A stretch of 64,000 nt of DNA, taken from positions 2,196 through 66,195 of IMG/VR virus record IMGVR_UViG_3300049165_000116; one strand, given 5' to 3'. The position numbers and the translations under genes are program-made. The notes under the pieces are model-generated. The model was not told the origin of the DNA, ran no database searches, and was given only the letters and a program-made list of their open reading frames with translations. Positions within the stretch are counted from its first letter, which is position 1. Every line of letters starts with the position of its first letter. Below, in pieces: positions 48,630-57,303 of the stretch. The DNA is from a virus.

Positions 48630-48698
48630 GGGTCGGGTCTCCAGGGGGTGAATCCCAGTGACCCGGCCCAAAACCAGCGGTGCTTGGGGTGAATGGTA
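48630..48698 (-). promoter_or_regulatory. Late-gene leader element copy 5 (major capsid)
   Basis: TACCAT -10; CACCGCTGGTTTTGGGCCGGGT at 48682-48661; GGGCCGGGTC/GACCCGACCC stem closes over GGAG up to ATG. Confidence 0.85.
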
Positions 48699-48726
48699 GC
48701 CGCCTACCAGGGGTGACGGCAGGGAG

Positions 48727-49131
48727 CTACGGGCGTGCGGGTGCCGCAGGCGCGGCGGCGGCCGTGAGGGGGGCGCCGGCCGCGGTGAGGGCGGCGGGGA
48801 GCGGGTAGACCACGGCGCCGCCATTCACGGCGCGGACCACGGCCTCCTGCTCCGCGTTGGCGTCGGCGTTGGCCTTGAGGTGGGCGCGGTCCGTGCCGGT
48901 GAACACCACCGGTCCGGCGCCGGCCTGGAGGACGACCTCATAGGTGCCCTTCGGCCAGGCGAAGTAGACGGCCTCCCCGGTCTGCTTGTTGCGGACGACG
49001 CTGGTCGGGTAGCGGTCGGCCACGGCCTCCGCGGTGCCCTGGCTCGCGCTGGTAAAGGCGGCCCGGACGGCCGTCCCGGCGTTCGGGACGACCTCGAAGG
49101 CCTGGCGCTTGTTCTGGCAGGCGCACGGCAT
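48727..49131 (-). CDS. Small protein with MPCAC N-terminus
   Basis: GAGGAG RBS; internal duplication FEVV/YEVV; between protease and capsid. Confidence 0.7.
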   Translation of the reverse strand: MPCACQNKRQAFEVVPNAGTAVRAAFTSASQGTAEAVADRYPTSVVRNKQTGEAVYFAWPKGTYEVVLQAGAGPVVFTGTDRAHLKANADANAEQEAVVRAVNGGAVVYPLPAALTAAGAPLTAAAAPAAPARP

Positions 49132-49158
49132 GGTGGGTGCTCCTCTCGGGGGTTGGGG

Positions 49159-52100
49159 TCAGGAGGCGGCGGGGGCGGCGAAGGAGGCGGCCAGCCGCTC
49201 CACTTCGGCCCGGCGGTCGGCGTCCCGCTGCGCCTGGCGGTCGGCCAGGGCGTCCAGGAGGTTGTCCAGGAGCTCCGGGCGGGCCAGAGCGGCGGTGATC
49301 GCGTCCGCGGGCGCCGGGGCGGGTGTGGCGGGGGCCGGGTCCTCGAGGACGCCGGCGCTCGGCGCGGTCAGGAGGACCTGGTCCATGTCCAGCGTCGGCG
49401 CGGCGGCGGCGGAGGCGGCCAGGGCAAGGTTCGAGCGCTCTACCGCGGCCGCGAGGAGCGGGGAGGAGTGCCCGGGGACGGGGACGGAGAGGACGGCGCG
49501 GAGCTGCCAGCGGCCGTCCGCGGCCTGGCGCATGTGGTAGCTCGGCTGGCAGGCGGTGAAGACGGTCCGGTCCCACTGGCTCAACCACGGGGCGGCGGCC
49601 CCGCTGAACCACAACCCGCGCTCGTTCATGCCGCACGTGACCACCGCGGCGACGGTGCGGGTGTCATCGAACTGGCAACTGGCGGTGTCGCACTCGGCGC
49701 CGTCCCTGCTGTGCGGGACGTTCATGGTGAACGCTCCGGCCCGCACGTACGAGCCGTCATCGAGCTTGAAGCGGGCGCGGAGGAAGTGCGACATGTCGAT
49801 GTCGCCCAGGGACTCCACGGTCAGGTTTCGGCCGGGGTAGCCGGCGTGCGGCTCGCCGGCCTGGGCCACCCACCCGTAGACCCGGCCGCCCGCGTAGTGG
49901 ACGCCGCCGCTCCCGGGCGGCAGTTCCTCCGGGGTCGGCTCACGGAACCAGGCCGCCGGCATGGGGTCCGCGTCCTGCATCGCCGTCCACGCGGAGGCCA
50001 CCAGCTCGCCCATGACCTCATCCGGGATCGCGTGGACGTGCGGGGCGCCCGGCCGCTCCAGGGACTCGCCGGGCTCGGTGGAGAGGGAGGCGGCCACCTC
50101 CTGGCCCTCGGGCATGGAGGAGGCACCGGCGTACAGGCCGGGCGCCATGCGTACCAGGTGCCCCGACTTGACGGCCCGGTTGAGGTGGTCGCGGGCCGTC
50201 TTCACGGAGACGCCGACCGCGCGGGCCACCTCGGCGGCTCCCACGGGGGCCGGGCAGCCGCGGACGTACGTGATGACCCGCTGCTGGGTGTTCCCGCCGG
50301 CCGCGGTGACCGGGGCCGGGGCGGCGGAGGCGGCGGCCTCCTCCTCGTCCAGGGGGTCCAGGACGATGCGGGCCCGGTCGTACGCCGGCATGGCGACGAG
50401 GGTGGCGCCGCGGAGGCGGGCGCGGGTGATGCGGAGGAGGAGGTCCCCGGAGGACTCGGCGTGGACGACCACGCCCGTCTCCGGGTCGTCCGGGTCACCG
50501 GCCGCGGCGGTCAGGACGCCGGCGCCCTCGAACGCGGCGCGCACGCTGGAGGCGGTGACGGCGCCGCCGGGGCCGGTGATGAGCTGCGCAGTGTGCCGGA
50601 GGCGGGCCGGGTGGCCGCCGGCCGCGGTCCAGGACGGCGCGGTGGACGCGGTGATCATGTAACCGCCGTCATCCAGGCGGAGAACGGACGCGGAGGCGAG
50701 CGAGGCGGCCAGGATGAGGACGCCGTCCTCTCCCTCGCTCATGGTGCGGTCCACGAACTCGATATCGACGTCGTCCAGGTCCACGCTCACGCCGAGGGGC
50801 GCGCCCTCTTCCAGGAGCATGGTGGCTTCTGCGCCCGCGCGCTGTGAGAGGTAGAGGACGCCCTCTCCGGTGATGCGGTCGCCGTCCCGGCCGAGGCTGG
50901 TGATGGACGCGGCGAGCTCGGCGCCCTGGTGGCCGGAGAGCATTTCGTCGGCGTACTGGAGGGGCCAGGGGCCGGAGCCGTCCCAGTAGAGGGAGCCGGG
51001 GGCGAACACCCTCCCGTCGCCGGTCTCCTGGTTCTCGAACGCCAGGGCGGCGTCCCCTGGTGTGCTCCAGGCGCGGGTGGGCATCCCCGCCGCGGTCTCT
51101 TCCGTCATGGGTTCCTCCTCGGTCAGGGGGATGTCGATGTGGTCGCCGCCGAAGGCCAGGCGGATGCGGTCGAAGGTGATCGGGCCGAGGCGCGCCTCCA
51201 GCTCCTCCAGGAGCTCCGGGGCGTCGCTGTAGGCCGCGCAGACGTGCGGGACCCATGGGGAGTGCTGGCGGGGGATCTCCGGGCGCTCGTGGGTGTCTTC
51301 CAGGGCGTCCGTGACCAGGTCGTGGGCCTGGACGAGGGTGGGGGCGTCGTCGTCGGCGTCCCGGTCGTCACCCACCGCCCACACCCAGGACGGGGAGCTG
51401 GTGCCGGCGTTCCAGTGGTTCGCGCCGAACGCCCGGGCGGTGACGGGGCCGCCGAGCTCGCTCACGCGGGAGCGGACGCCGGCCGCGAGCTCGCGCCGCT
51501 GGTCCTCCGTCCAGTCGGCGCCGTTGTCCCCGAGGAACCACAGGGTGAGGTGGAGCTCGGCGGCGTCCTCCCCGCCCTCAATGGCGAGGCGCGCGGCGTC
51601 CTCCTCGGTAGGGATGAGCGCGATCATGCCGCCCTGGAGGTGGCTCCCGTCCGCGGCGGCCGTCACCGGCGCCTGGTTCGTGGGCCCACCCGCGGGTGGT
51701 TCCTGGCTTTCGTAGGCGTCGCCGCGGGCCGGGGCCTTCGGTTCCCCGGCCGCGGTACGGTCCGCGCGGGCCAGGGCCAGGACGCACCGGCAGTTGATGA
51801 CGAGCTCCGGCGGCGCGGTCGGGTCCCCGGGGGCCTGCATGGCCACCCCGGCCACGCTGAAAGCCTCATCCACGAGGCGGAGTTGCCCGTCCACGGCATC
51901 ATGGGCGTCCCGGACGTCGGTGTCCCTCCTGGTGAGCCACTGCTTCACCAGCGGCCGGTCCGGGCCCTCCAGGGCGCGCCCGGCCTCCAGCGTGGCCGTG
52001 TTCCAGGCACGGGTGGCCTCCGTACGGGCGGTGCGTTCCTCCCGGACGCGGCCGAGCTGCGCGGAGTCCGGGGCGAAGCGGGCGCGGAGGCGGTCGCGGA

Positions 52101-52533
52101 GCTGGTCCACGCTCTCCCCGGCGTCCAGGCCCGCGGCGAGTTCCTGGCGGGCGGCCTCCGCGAGGCGGTCCCCTACGGCGCGGAGCAGGTGCTCGGTGAC
52201 GGTGGCGTACTGGCCGAGCTCGCCCGGGAGTTCCCGGCCTTCCTCATACCGCTCGGGGAGGTCCGTCCAGGTGTCGTCCAGCTCCCCGCCCACCGCGTCC
52301 GCCGCGGCGTGCGCGCTGGTCTCCACGACGCCGAAGAGACGGCGGACGATGCGCGGGACGCGGGCGCTCCACATGCGGGCGATGCGGCCCACGGAGAACC
52401 GGGCGGCCACCAGCTCGTCCGCGTCGGCCACGGCGGCCGCGAACTCGTCCGCGACCTCGCGTAGGACCTCCCGGACGGTGCGGGCCACCTCCCGCTCCGC
52501 CTCCTGGACGGCCTGGACCAGGTCCTCATCCAC
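49159..52533 (-). CDS. MuF-like head protein / 2H phosphoesterase / maturation protease fusion
   Basis: KQWLTRRD..VR.AH...PGDP...INCRC (MuF); HLTL and HVC (2H); ETGDGR, GVSVDLD, ATLV..PAY (protease-like). Confidence 0.85.
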   Translation of the reverse strand: MDEDLVQAVQEAEREVARTVREVLREVADEFAAAVADADELVAARFSVGRIARMWSARVPRIVRRLFGVVETSAHAAADAVGGELDDTWTDLPERYEEGRELPGELGQYATVTEHLLRAVGDRLAEAARQELAAGLDAGESVDQLRDRLRARFAPDSAQLGRVREERTARTEATRAWNTATLEAGRALEGPDRPLVKQWLTRRDTDVRDAHDAVDGQLRLVDEAFSVAGVAMQAPGDPTAPPELVINCRCVLALARADRTAAGEPKAPARGDAYESQEPPAGGPTNQAPVTAAADGSHLQGGMIALIPTEEDAARLAIEGGEDAAELHLTLWFLGDNGADWTEDQRRELAAGVRSRVSELGGPVTARAFGANHWNAGTSSPSWVWAVGDDRDADDDAPTLVQAHDLVTDALEDTHERPEIPRQHSPWVPHVCAAYSDAPELLEELEARLGPITFDRIRLAFGGDHIDIPLTEEEPMTEETAAGMPTRAWSTPGDAALAFENQETGDGRVFAPGSLYWDGSGPWPLQYADEMLSGHQGAELAASITSLGRDGDRITGEGVLYLSQRAGAEATMLLEEGAPLGVSVDLDDVDIEFVDRTMSEGEDGVLILAASLASASVLRLDDGGYMITASTAPSWTAAGGHPARLRHTAQLITGPGGAVTASSVRAAFEGAGVLTAAAGDPDDPETGVVVHAESSGDLLLRITRARLRGATLVAMPAYDRARIVLDPLDEEEAAASAAPAPVTAAGGNTQQRVITYVRGCPAPVGAAEVARAVGVSVKTARDHLNRAVKSGHLVRMAPGLYAGASSMPEGQEVAASLSTEPGESLERPGAPHVHAIPDEVMGELVASAWTAMQDADPMPAAWFREPTPEELPPGSGGVHYAGGRVYGWVAQAGEPHAGYPGRNLTVESLGDIDMSHFLRARFKLDDGSYVRAGAFTMNVPHSRDGAECDTASCQFDDTRTVAAVVTCGMNERGLWFSGAAAPWLSQWDRTVFTACQPSYHMRQAADGRWQLRAVLSVPVPGHSSPLLAAAVERSNLALAASAAAAPTLDMDQVLLTAPSAGVLEDPAPATPAPAPADAITAALARPELLDNLLDALADRQAQRDADRRAEVERLAASFAAPAAS

Positions 52534-52747
52534 GGGGTGCTCCTTCCTCGGGCTCGTCGCAGATCTCGCACCCGGCGTACGCGCCGACCAGGGACACCCC
52601 GGCCGGGGTGAGGAGGAGGACGTCCCCCGTGAACCGCGTGTACGCCTTGCAGACCTGGCACCAGTCGGGGCGCGGCTCACCGGCCATGACGTAGACGGTG
52701 AGCACGGGCAGGGGCGGCGGCACGGGCGGCCGGCGGCGGGGCGTCAC
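52526..52747 (-). CDS. Small Zn-ribbon protein
   Basis: WCQVC...CEIC; overlaps portal stop and MuF start. Confidence 0.55.
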   Translation of the reverse strand: MTPRRRPPVPPPLPVLTVYVMAGEPRPDWCQVCKAYTRFTGDVLLLTPAGVSLVGAYAGCEICDEPEEGAPRG

Positions 52748-54468
52748 GCGGCCACCACCAGGCACGAGGTGCGCAGCGCGCCGGGGGTCAGGTCCCAGTC
52801 ATGGGCGATGCCGGCGGCGATGAGCTCCCGGCAGTAGGTGTCCAGGGCGGAGGCCAGGCACTCGGCGTCCAGGCCGTAGCGGGCGGCCACCTCTGGGAGG
52901 CGCGGCCAGGCGCCGTCCAGCAGCCGCCACTGCTCCACCTGGCTCGGCTCCACGCGGAGCACGGTGTGGAGGCGGGCCGGCTCGATCTCCCGGGCGCGGG
53001 ACCGTTCGGAGCGCGGGCAGGCCGGCGTCTTGCGGAGCTTTTCCCCGGCCGCCGCGAGCGCGGCCCAGATCAGGCCGTCCGCCGCCTCCAGGACCGCGGC
53101 GGGCAGGCCGCCGGCGGTGGAGGCCTGGCGGGTGGCCGGCTCGCTCTGGGTCTCGTCCACCGGGAGGTCCGCCCCCGTCCCGCCGGGCTGCTCGTCCTCG
53201 GCACGGCGGCGGGCGGCGGTCTCCTCCGCGGTGGGGGCGTCGCTCTCGTCGAACCCGGTCTCCCGGCGGAGGGCCTGGGCGGAGATCGCGCCGGCGTTGA
53301 AGACCTCCAGCGCGGTCTGGGACCGGTTGCCGCGTACGCGGAGGCCGGCGGTGTCCGTGGCGACCACGAAGCGGTCCGCGTCCTCCACGTTGTCCGCCTG
53401 GAGGAGCGGGCGGAGCCACTGGGTGGTGAGGGCGTGGGAGACGGTGTCCAGGCGCGGCTGGACGCCGAGGGTGATCGCCTCCTCCTTCAACGCCCAGGCC
53501 GACCAGTGGTTGGAGTCCCCGAGGCCGAGGACGATCTCCGCGGGTGTGTCCAACCCCGTGGCGAAGCGGCGGATTGCCTCCTCGCGGAGGCGGAGCGCGA
53601 GCTCGTCAAAGTCGGATTCGAACGTGATGCGCTTGATGGCGGCGATGTGCTCCGCGGGCACTTCCAGGATGATCGGGACCGTGGCCGCCGCGGAGTCGGG
53701 GTCTCGGTAGGCGGTCTCTGCCACCTCCATGAACACCTCAATGAGGTCGTCCTCGGCGTCGCCCTGCACGGGGGTGGACGGGAACCTAGTGCCCTTCGGC
53801 ACGAGGAGGACGCCGCGGCCGGTGAGGCGGGAGCGGGCGATGGCGCCTACCGCGGCGTTGAGGAGGCGTAGCTCCTCCAGGAGGCCCATGGAGGCGCGGA
53901 CCGGGGAGTCCGCCTCCAGGTAGCGGCGGGGGTGCGGCTGCCAGACGCGGATGGCCAGGGGGTCCATGTCGTCGGCGGTGCCGTCCGGGTCGGCTGGCGG
54001 GATCTCCACGGGCTCCCCGTCGATCTCCGCCACGAGTTTCTGGCCCTGGGAGTGGATCTCCTGGACGGAGAGGACGTGCCAGTCCTGGCCGCCGTCCTCC
54101 CGGGGGCGAATGACGATCCACCCCTCACCGGGGACCACCAGGTGAGGGCCGAACCGGCCGAGCAACTGGGCCTGTCCTTCCGGGCCTCCGGCGATGGCGG
54201 CGACGATGTCCGTGGCCGGGTGGCCCTCGGGGACGGGCTCGATCGTCTTGCCGTCGTCGGCCAGGCGGCCGGCGTAGAGGGTGGCGGCGCTCATGGCGCC
54301 GGAGATCCACTGTGCGGCGAACCGGACCTCGGGGGTGGTGTCGTAGAAGTCCCACGCCCTCCCCTGCCAGCCCGACTCCGGGGCCTTCCCCTGGCCCTTG
54401 AGCTTGCGGGTGGTGTAGCGGGAGGCCGCCGCGGTGATGACCCGGCGGGGAGGGACGGCGGCGCTCAC
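52744..54468 (-). CDS. Portal protein
   Basis: WQ..AW.FYD..PEVRF...W; DSPV; RSRL.G.GVL; LG.GD.NHWSAW. Confidence 0.85.
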   Translation of the reverse strand: MSAAVPPRRVITAAASRYTTRKLKGQGKAPESGWQGRAWDFYDTTPEVRFAAQWISGAMSAATLYAGRLADDGKTIEPVPEGHPATDIVAAIAGGPEGQAQLLGRFGPHLVVPGEGWIVIRPREDGGQDWHVLSVQEIHSQGQKLVAEIDGEPVEIPPADPDGTADDMDPLAIRVWQPHPRRYLEADSPVRASMGLLEELRLLNAAVGAIARSRLTGRGVLLVPKGTRFPSTPVQGDAEDDLIEVFMEVAETAYRDPDSAAATVPIILEVPAEHIAAIKRITFESDFDELALRLREEAIRRFATGLDTPAEIVLGLGDSNHWSAWALKEEAITLGVQPRLDTVSHALTTQWLRPLLQADNVEDADRFVVATDTAGLRVRGNRSQTALEVFNAGAISAQALRRETGFDESDAPTAEETAARRRAEDEQPGGTGADLPVDETQSEPATRQASTAGGLPAAVLEAADGLIWAALAAAGEKLRKTPACPRSERSRAREIEPARLHTVLRVEPSQVEQWRLLDGAWPRLPEVAARYGLDAECLASALDTYCRELIAAGIAHDWDLTPGALRTSCLVVAA

Positions 54469-54791
54469 GCGTCAGCCTTACGGGAGTCGTCCCACCGGTT
54501 GAGGAGGACGGCGGCGCCGGCCAGGGCGAACCACATGACGCCGACCTGGACCAGGCGGTTGTCCGGCCAGAGCAGCCAGGCCGCGAGGACGGCGCCGTTG
54601 AGCCACCAGCCGAGGCAGTAGACGCAGGAGATGAGGTTGACGATGAACGCCCGGACGCTGGACTCCGGGCGGCGGGTCTGCCAGTCGAAAACCTTGTCTC
54701 GGGCCGGGTCCAGGATGGAGTCATGGACGCCGAGCTGGGTCAGCCGATATCCGGCGAGCGCCAGGAATACGAGCTCCGGAATTCCGATCAT
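54465..54791 (-). CDS. DUF1360-like membrane protein
   Basis: LA.YRLT.L...D.I..P.R; L.SC.YCLG.W. Confidence 0.75.
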   Translation of the reverse strand: MIGIPELVFLALAGYRLTQLGVHDSILDPARDKVFDWQTRRPESSVRAFIVNLISCVYCLGWWLNGAVLAAWLLWPDNRLVQVGVMWFALAGAAVLLNRWDDSRKADA

Positions 54792-54885
54792 TACCGCCCC
54801 TTGAATGGTCCGCCACGGTCGGCGGAGCATCATAGGCCAATGAACGGACCTCCGAGACGGGTAAAGCCGCTGGTCAGCGCCCTAG

Positions 54886-54931
54886 TTCTGATCAATTCAG
54901 AGGTTTAGCGCGTAGCTATTCTGATCAATTC
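54886..54931. repeat. 13-bp direct repeat TTCTGATCAATTC x2 in AT-rich intergenic DNA
   Basis: Exact copies at 54886-54898 and 54919-54931. Confidence 0.7.
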
Positions 54932-55221
54932 CGTGCGGCGTTCCCGGCGGATATCGGCAGGGTGGGCGCACGGGGTGCCGGTGGTTATGCCGATGCAGCG
55001 TCCGGACGGCGTGGGAGTACGCGCCCCACTGGCCGCCGCCGCCCCGCGGAAGGGCCCCCGGGCTGGAGCGCGCGCAGCTCCGCCCCGGGGGCCCACGTGT
55101 TCTCCTGCGCGGCCGGACAACTACGCGCTAAGGTGCCCGTGCCGCCCGCGCTGGAACGCCGGGCCGGCTCTTACGCTGCTGGCTATGGGCCGGGCGAGGA
55201 TCGACTCCACGGAGCCCTCCC

Positions 55222-56301
55222 ATGCCCCTGCCCCTTCCCGACCAGCACACCCACCGCGCCTACGCCCGGACCGTGGCCCATGCCCTGGCCGCCGCCGGCA
55301 TCCCCGTGTCCCGGCTGTCCTTCCCTCATGACGACGAGGATGCGGACCTCGTCCTCATGCGGCGCGCCGTCCTGGACCTCGACATGCGAGCCACCCACCA
55401 CGTGTACGGAGACCAGGAGGTCTCTCTCCTGTGGAGTGATGAGGCCGGTTGGTCCCTCGGATGGGGCCCGGCCGGGGACGTCTGCGGTGCCGTGTTCACG
55501 GTGTGCCGGTCCCTGGTGCCGGAGCCGGCGGACGTGGTGGCCGCCGCCCGGGCCGCGCTCACCGTTCCGCCCGTCCAGGACGTACCGTGCCCGTTCCGCT
55601 CGTGCCAGGACTATGACGAGGAGCTGGAGAACGTGCTCGACGCCTACACCGTCCGCGAGGACATCGGCATGGACCGCGTGCTGGACCGGCTGGAGGAGCA
55701 CCGGGAGCGGGTGCGCTTCACCTCCCCCGGCGCGCCGTTCCCCGGCCGCGTGGGACGGGACGACGTGAACGCCGGCCTCCTCCTGGCCCTGGCGCGGCTC
55801 CTGGAGGACGGGGACGAGGCGGAGGCCGTGGAACGTGTGGCGTGGCACCTGGCCGTCACGGGCCTATGGTGCCCGCGGCCGGCCGAGCATCACGCCCACC
55901 CGCAGGGTCCGGCGCTCCCGGCCGAGGACGTAGACCTCCTCCTGGCCCTGGAGATCCACGCGGGCAACCGCAGCGTGCGCGGCCTCACCGCCCGGTACGC
56001 CCACCTCGCCGTGGACCGCAACCGGGTACGGGCCGTCCTCTGGCGGGTGGCCCGTGAGTACATGGCGAGTGACGCGCAGCGGCACGGGCCCTACCGCCTC
56101 ACCGCACGGGACCATGAGGGCAACCGGGCCCGGCGCCGGATGAACCTCCGGTACGTCTCCCCGGAGGAGGCGGAGGTCCAGGACCCGCGGCTCTACCGGC
56201 TGCGCCTCATCACTGACCGGGTGTCCCAGTTCGCGGGCGGGTGGGTGCCGCCAGGCTGGCCCCCGGCGCTCACCTCCCAGAACTGCCCCGTGGAGTCGTG
56301 A
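55222..56301 (+). CDS. Hypothetical protein
   Basis: 359 aa, GGAG RBS, opposite strand to late genes. Confidence 0.7.
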   Translation: MPLPLPDQHTHRAYARTVAHALAAAGIPVSRLSFPHDDEDADLVLMRRAVLDLDMRATHHVYGDQEVSLLWSDEAGWSLGWGPAGDVCGAVFTVCRSLVPEPADVVAAARAALTVPPVQDVPCPFRSCQDYDEELENVLDAYTVREDIGMDRVLDRLEEHRERVRFTSPGAPFPGRVGRDDVNAGLLLALARLLEDGDEAEAVERVAWHLAVTGLWCPRPAEHHAHPQGPALPAEDVDLLLALEIHAGNRSVRGLTARYAHLAVDRNRVRAVLWRVAREYMASDAQRHGPYRLTARDHEGNRARRRMNLRYVSPEEAEVQDPRLYRLRLITDRVSQFAGGWVPPGWPPALTSQNCPVES

Positions 56302-56425
56302 GCCGCGAGTAGGCGGGCGACATCGGGGCCGTAGCCGAGCGGGACGAACACCACGGCGGCGGAGAGCTCGGCCATGGTCGGCGCGGCCGGCACCAGGCCG
56401 CCGGGGGCGAACTCCTGGCCGGCGC

Positions 56426-56860
56426 TCACGCGCTGGTCCCGTTGAGCCGGGCGCGGACCCACTCGGCGTCCGTCTCCGCGACGTGGGCGCCGGCGCTCCG
56501 GGCCACGTGGATGGTCGTCGGCTGGCCGTCACCGTCCTGCTCGGGGCCCACCCACGCGTGCCAGGGCTGGGAGCCGCGGTCCGGCGGGGTGTGGCCGTCC
56601 GGGCAGTGCGGGCAGCCGGCAGAGACCTCCACGGCCGCGGCCTCCTCGGCCGGGATGTCGAGAGCCGCGCGGACGGCGCAGTCCTTCGCCTCCAACAACT
56701 TGCGGAGTCCGGCGGTGCGCTCCGGGATCTGCGGGAGGCGGGCCACCAGCTCGTGGGCCAGGGTGCGGAAGGGGACGGAGACGGCGGCCAGGTGGGCGGG
56801 GAGGTGGTCGGTGTCGAAGTAGCGCAGGAGGGCGGCGGTGGCGGGGTCGTGGACGGTCAT
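56426..56860 (-). CDS. Small helical-hairpin protein, possibly Acb2/Tad1-like
   Basis: YF..DHLP.HL..VS.PF..LA...ERTAGLRKLLEAKDCAVRA; AAGGAG RBS. Confidence 0.65.
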   Translation of the reverse strand: MTVHDPATAALLRYFDTDHLPAHLAAVSVPFRTLAHELVARLPQIPERTAGLRKLLEAKDCAVRAALDIPAEEAAAVEVSAGCPHCPDGHTPPDRGSQPWHAWVGPEQDGDGQPTTIHVARSAGAHVAETDAEWVRARLNGTSA

Positions 56861-56982
56861 GACCAGGCTCCTTCACGGTCGTTGTGCGGCCGGGAAGGGT
56901 ACGGGAAGCGGGCTCCGCGTGGTGACGGACGGGCGCCGGCCCCCGCACTGGGCGAGGGCCGGGCCGTGGCGTCGGGAACGGT

Positions 56983-57150
56983 TCAGCCGCCCCACTCCCG
57001 GGCGGCCAGGTCGTCCGGCTCGGCGCGGTACGCCTCCTCCTGCTCGTTCAGGTAATCGCAGATGCAGCGAGGTACCCCGCCGAAACCCGCCGGCTGCGCC
57101 TCCAGGCACTCCGGCATACAGGACGCCTCGTCCGGCTGCTCGTACGGCAT
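56983..57150 (-). CDS. Small Cys-containing hypothetical protein
   Basis: GAAGGAG RBS; MPYEQ...C..EC...CICD. Confidence 0.45.
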   Translation of the reverse strand: MPYEQPDEASCMPECLEAQPAGFGGVPRCICDYLNEQEEAYRAEPDDLAAREWGG

Positions 57151-57303
57151 CGGATTCACTCCTTCGTTCTCGCGGCCCGGGCCGGGCCGTCTCACCCCTA
57201 CCGCCGGCGGGGATAGAAGGTGGCGGAATTTACCAATCTTGTGGCTCCTGGGGCTCATGTGGCGCCGTCGTCCGGGCTCCTCTTCTCGTGGGAGCCTGAC
57301 CTC

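Noticed and set aside
29088-48682. CRISPR array or REP-like repeat explanation for the 22-nt motif
   Set aside because: Copies are kilobases apart, single, same-strand and always in 5' leaders; no spacers or cas genes
54865-54880. Sixth or antisense copy of the leader motif (GCCGCTGGT on + strand)
   Set aside because: Only 9 nt match, lacks the TGGGCCGGG half, and has the wrong context
56193-56462. Small minus-strand CDS after the hairpin protein
   Set aside because: Overlaps the convergent 55222-56301 gene by about 110 nt and has no motif; cannot be supported
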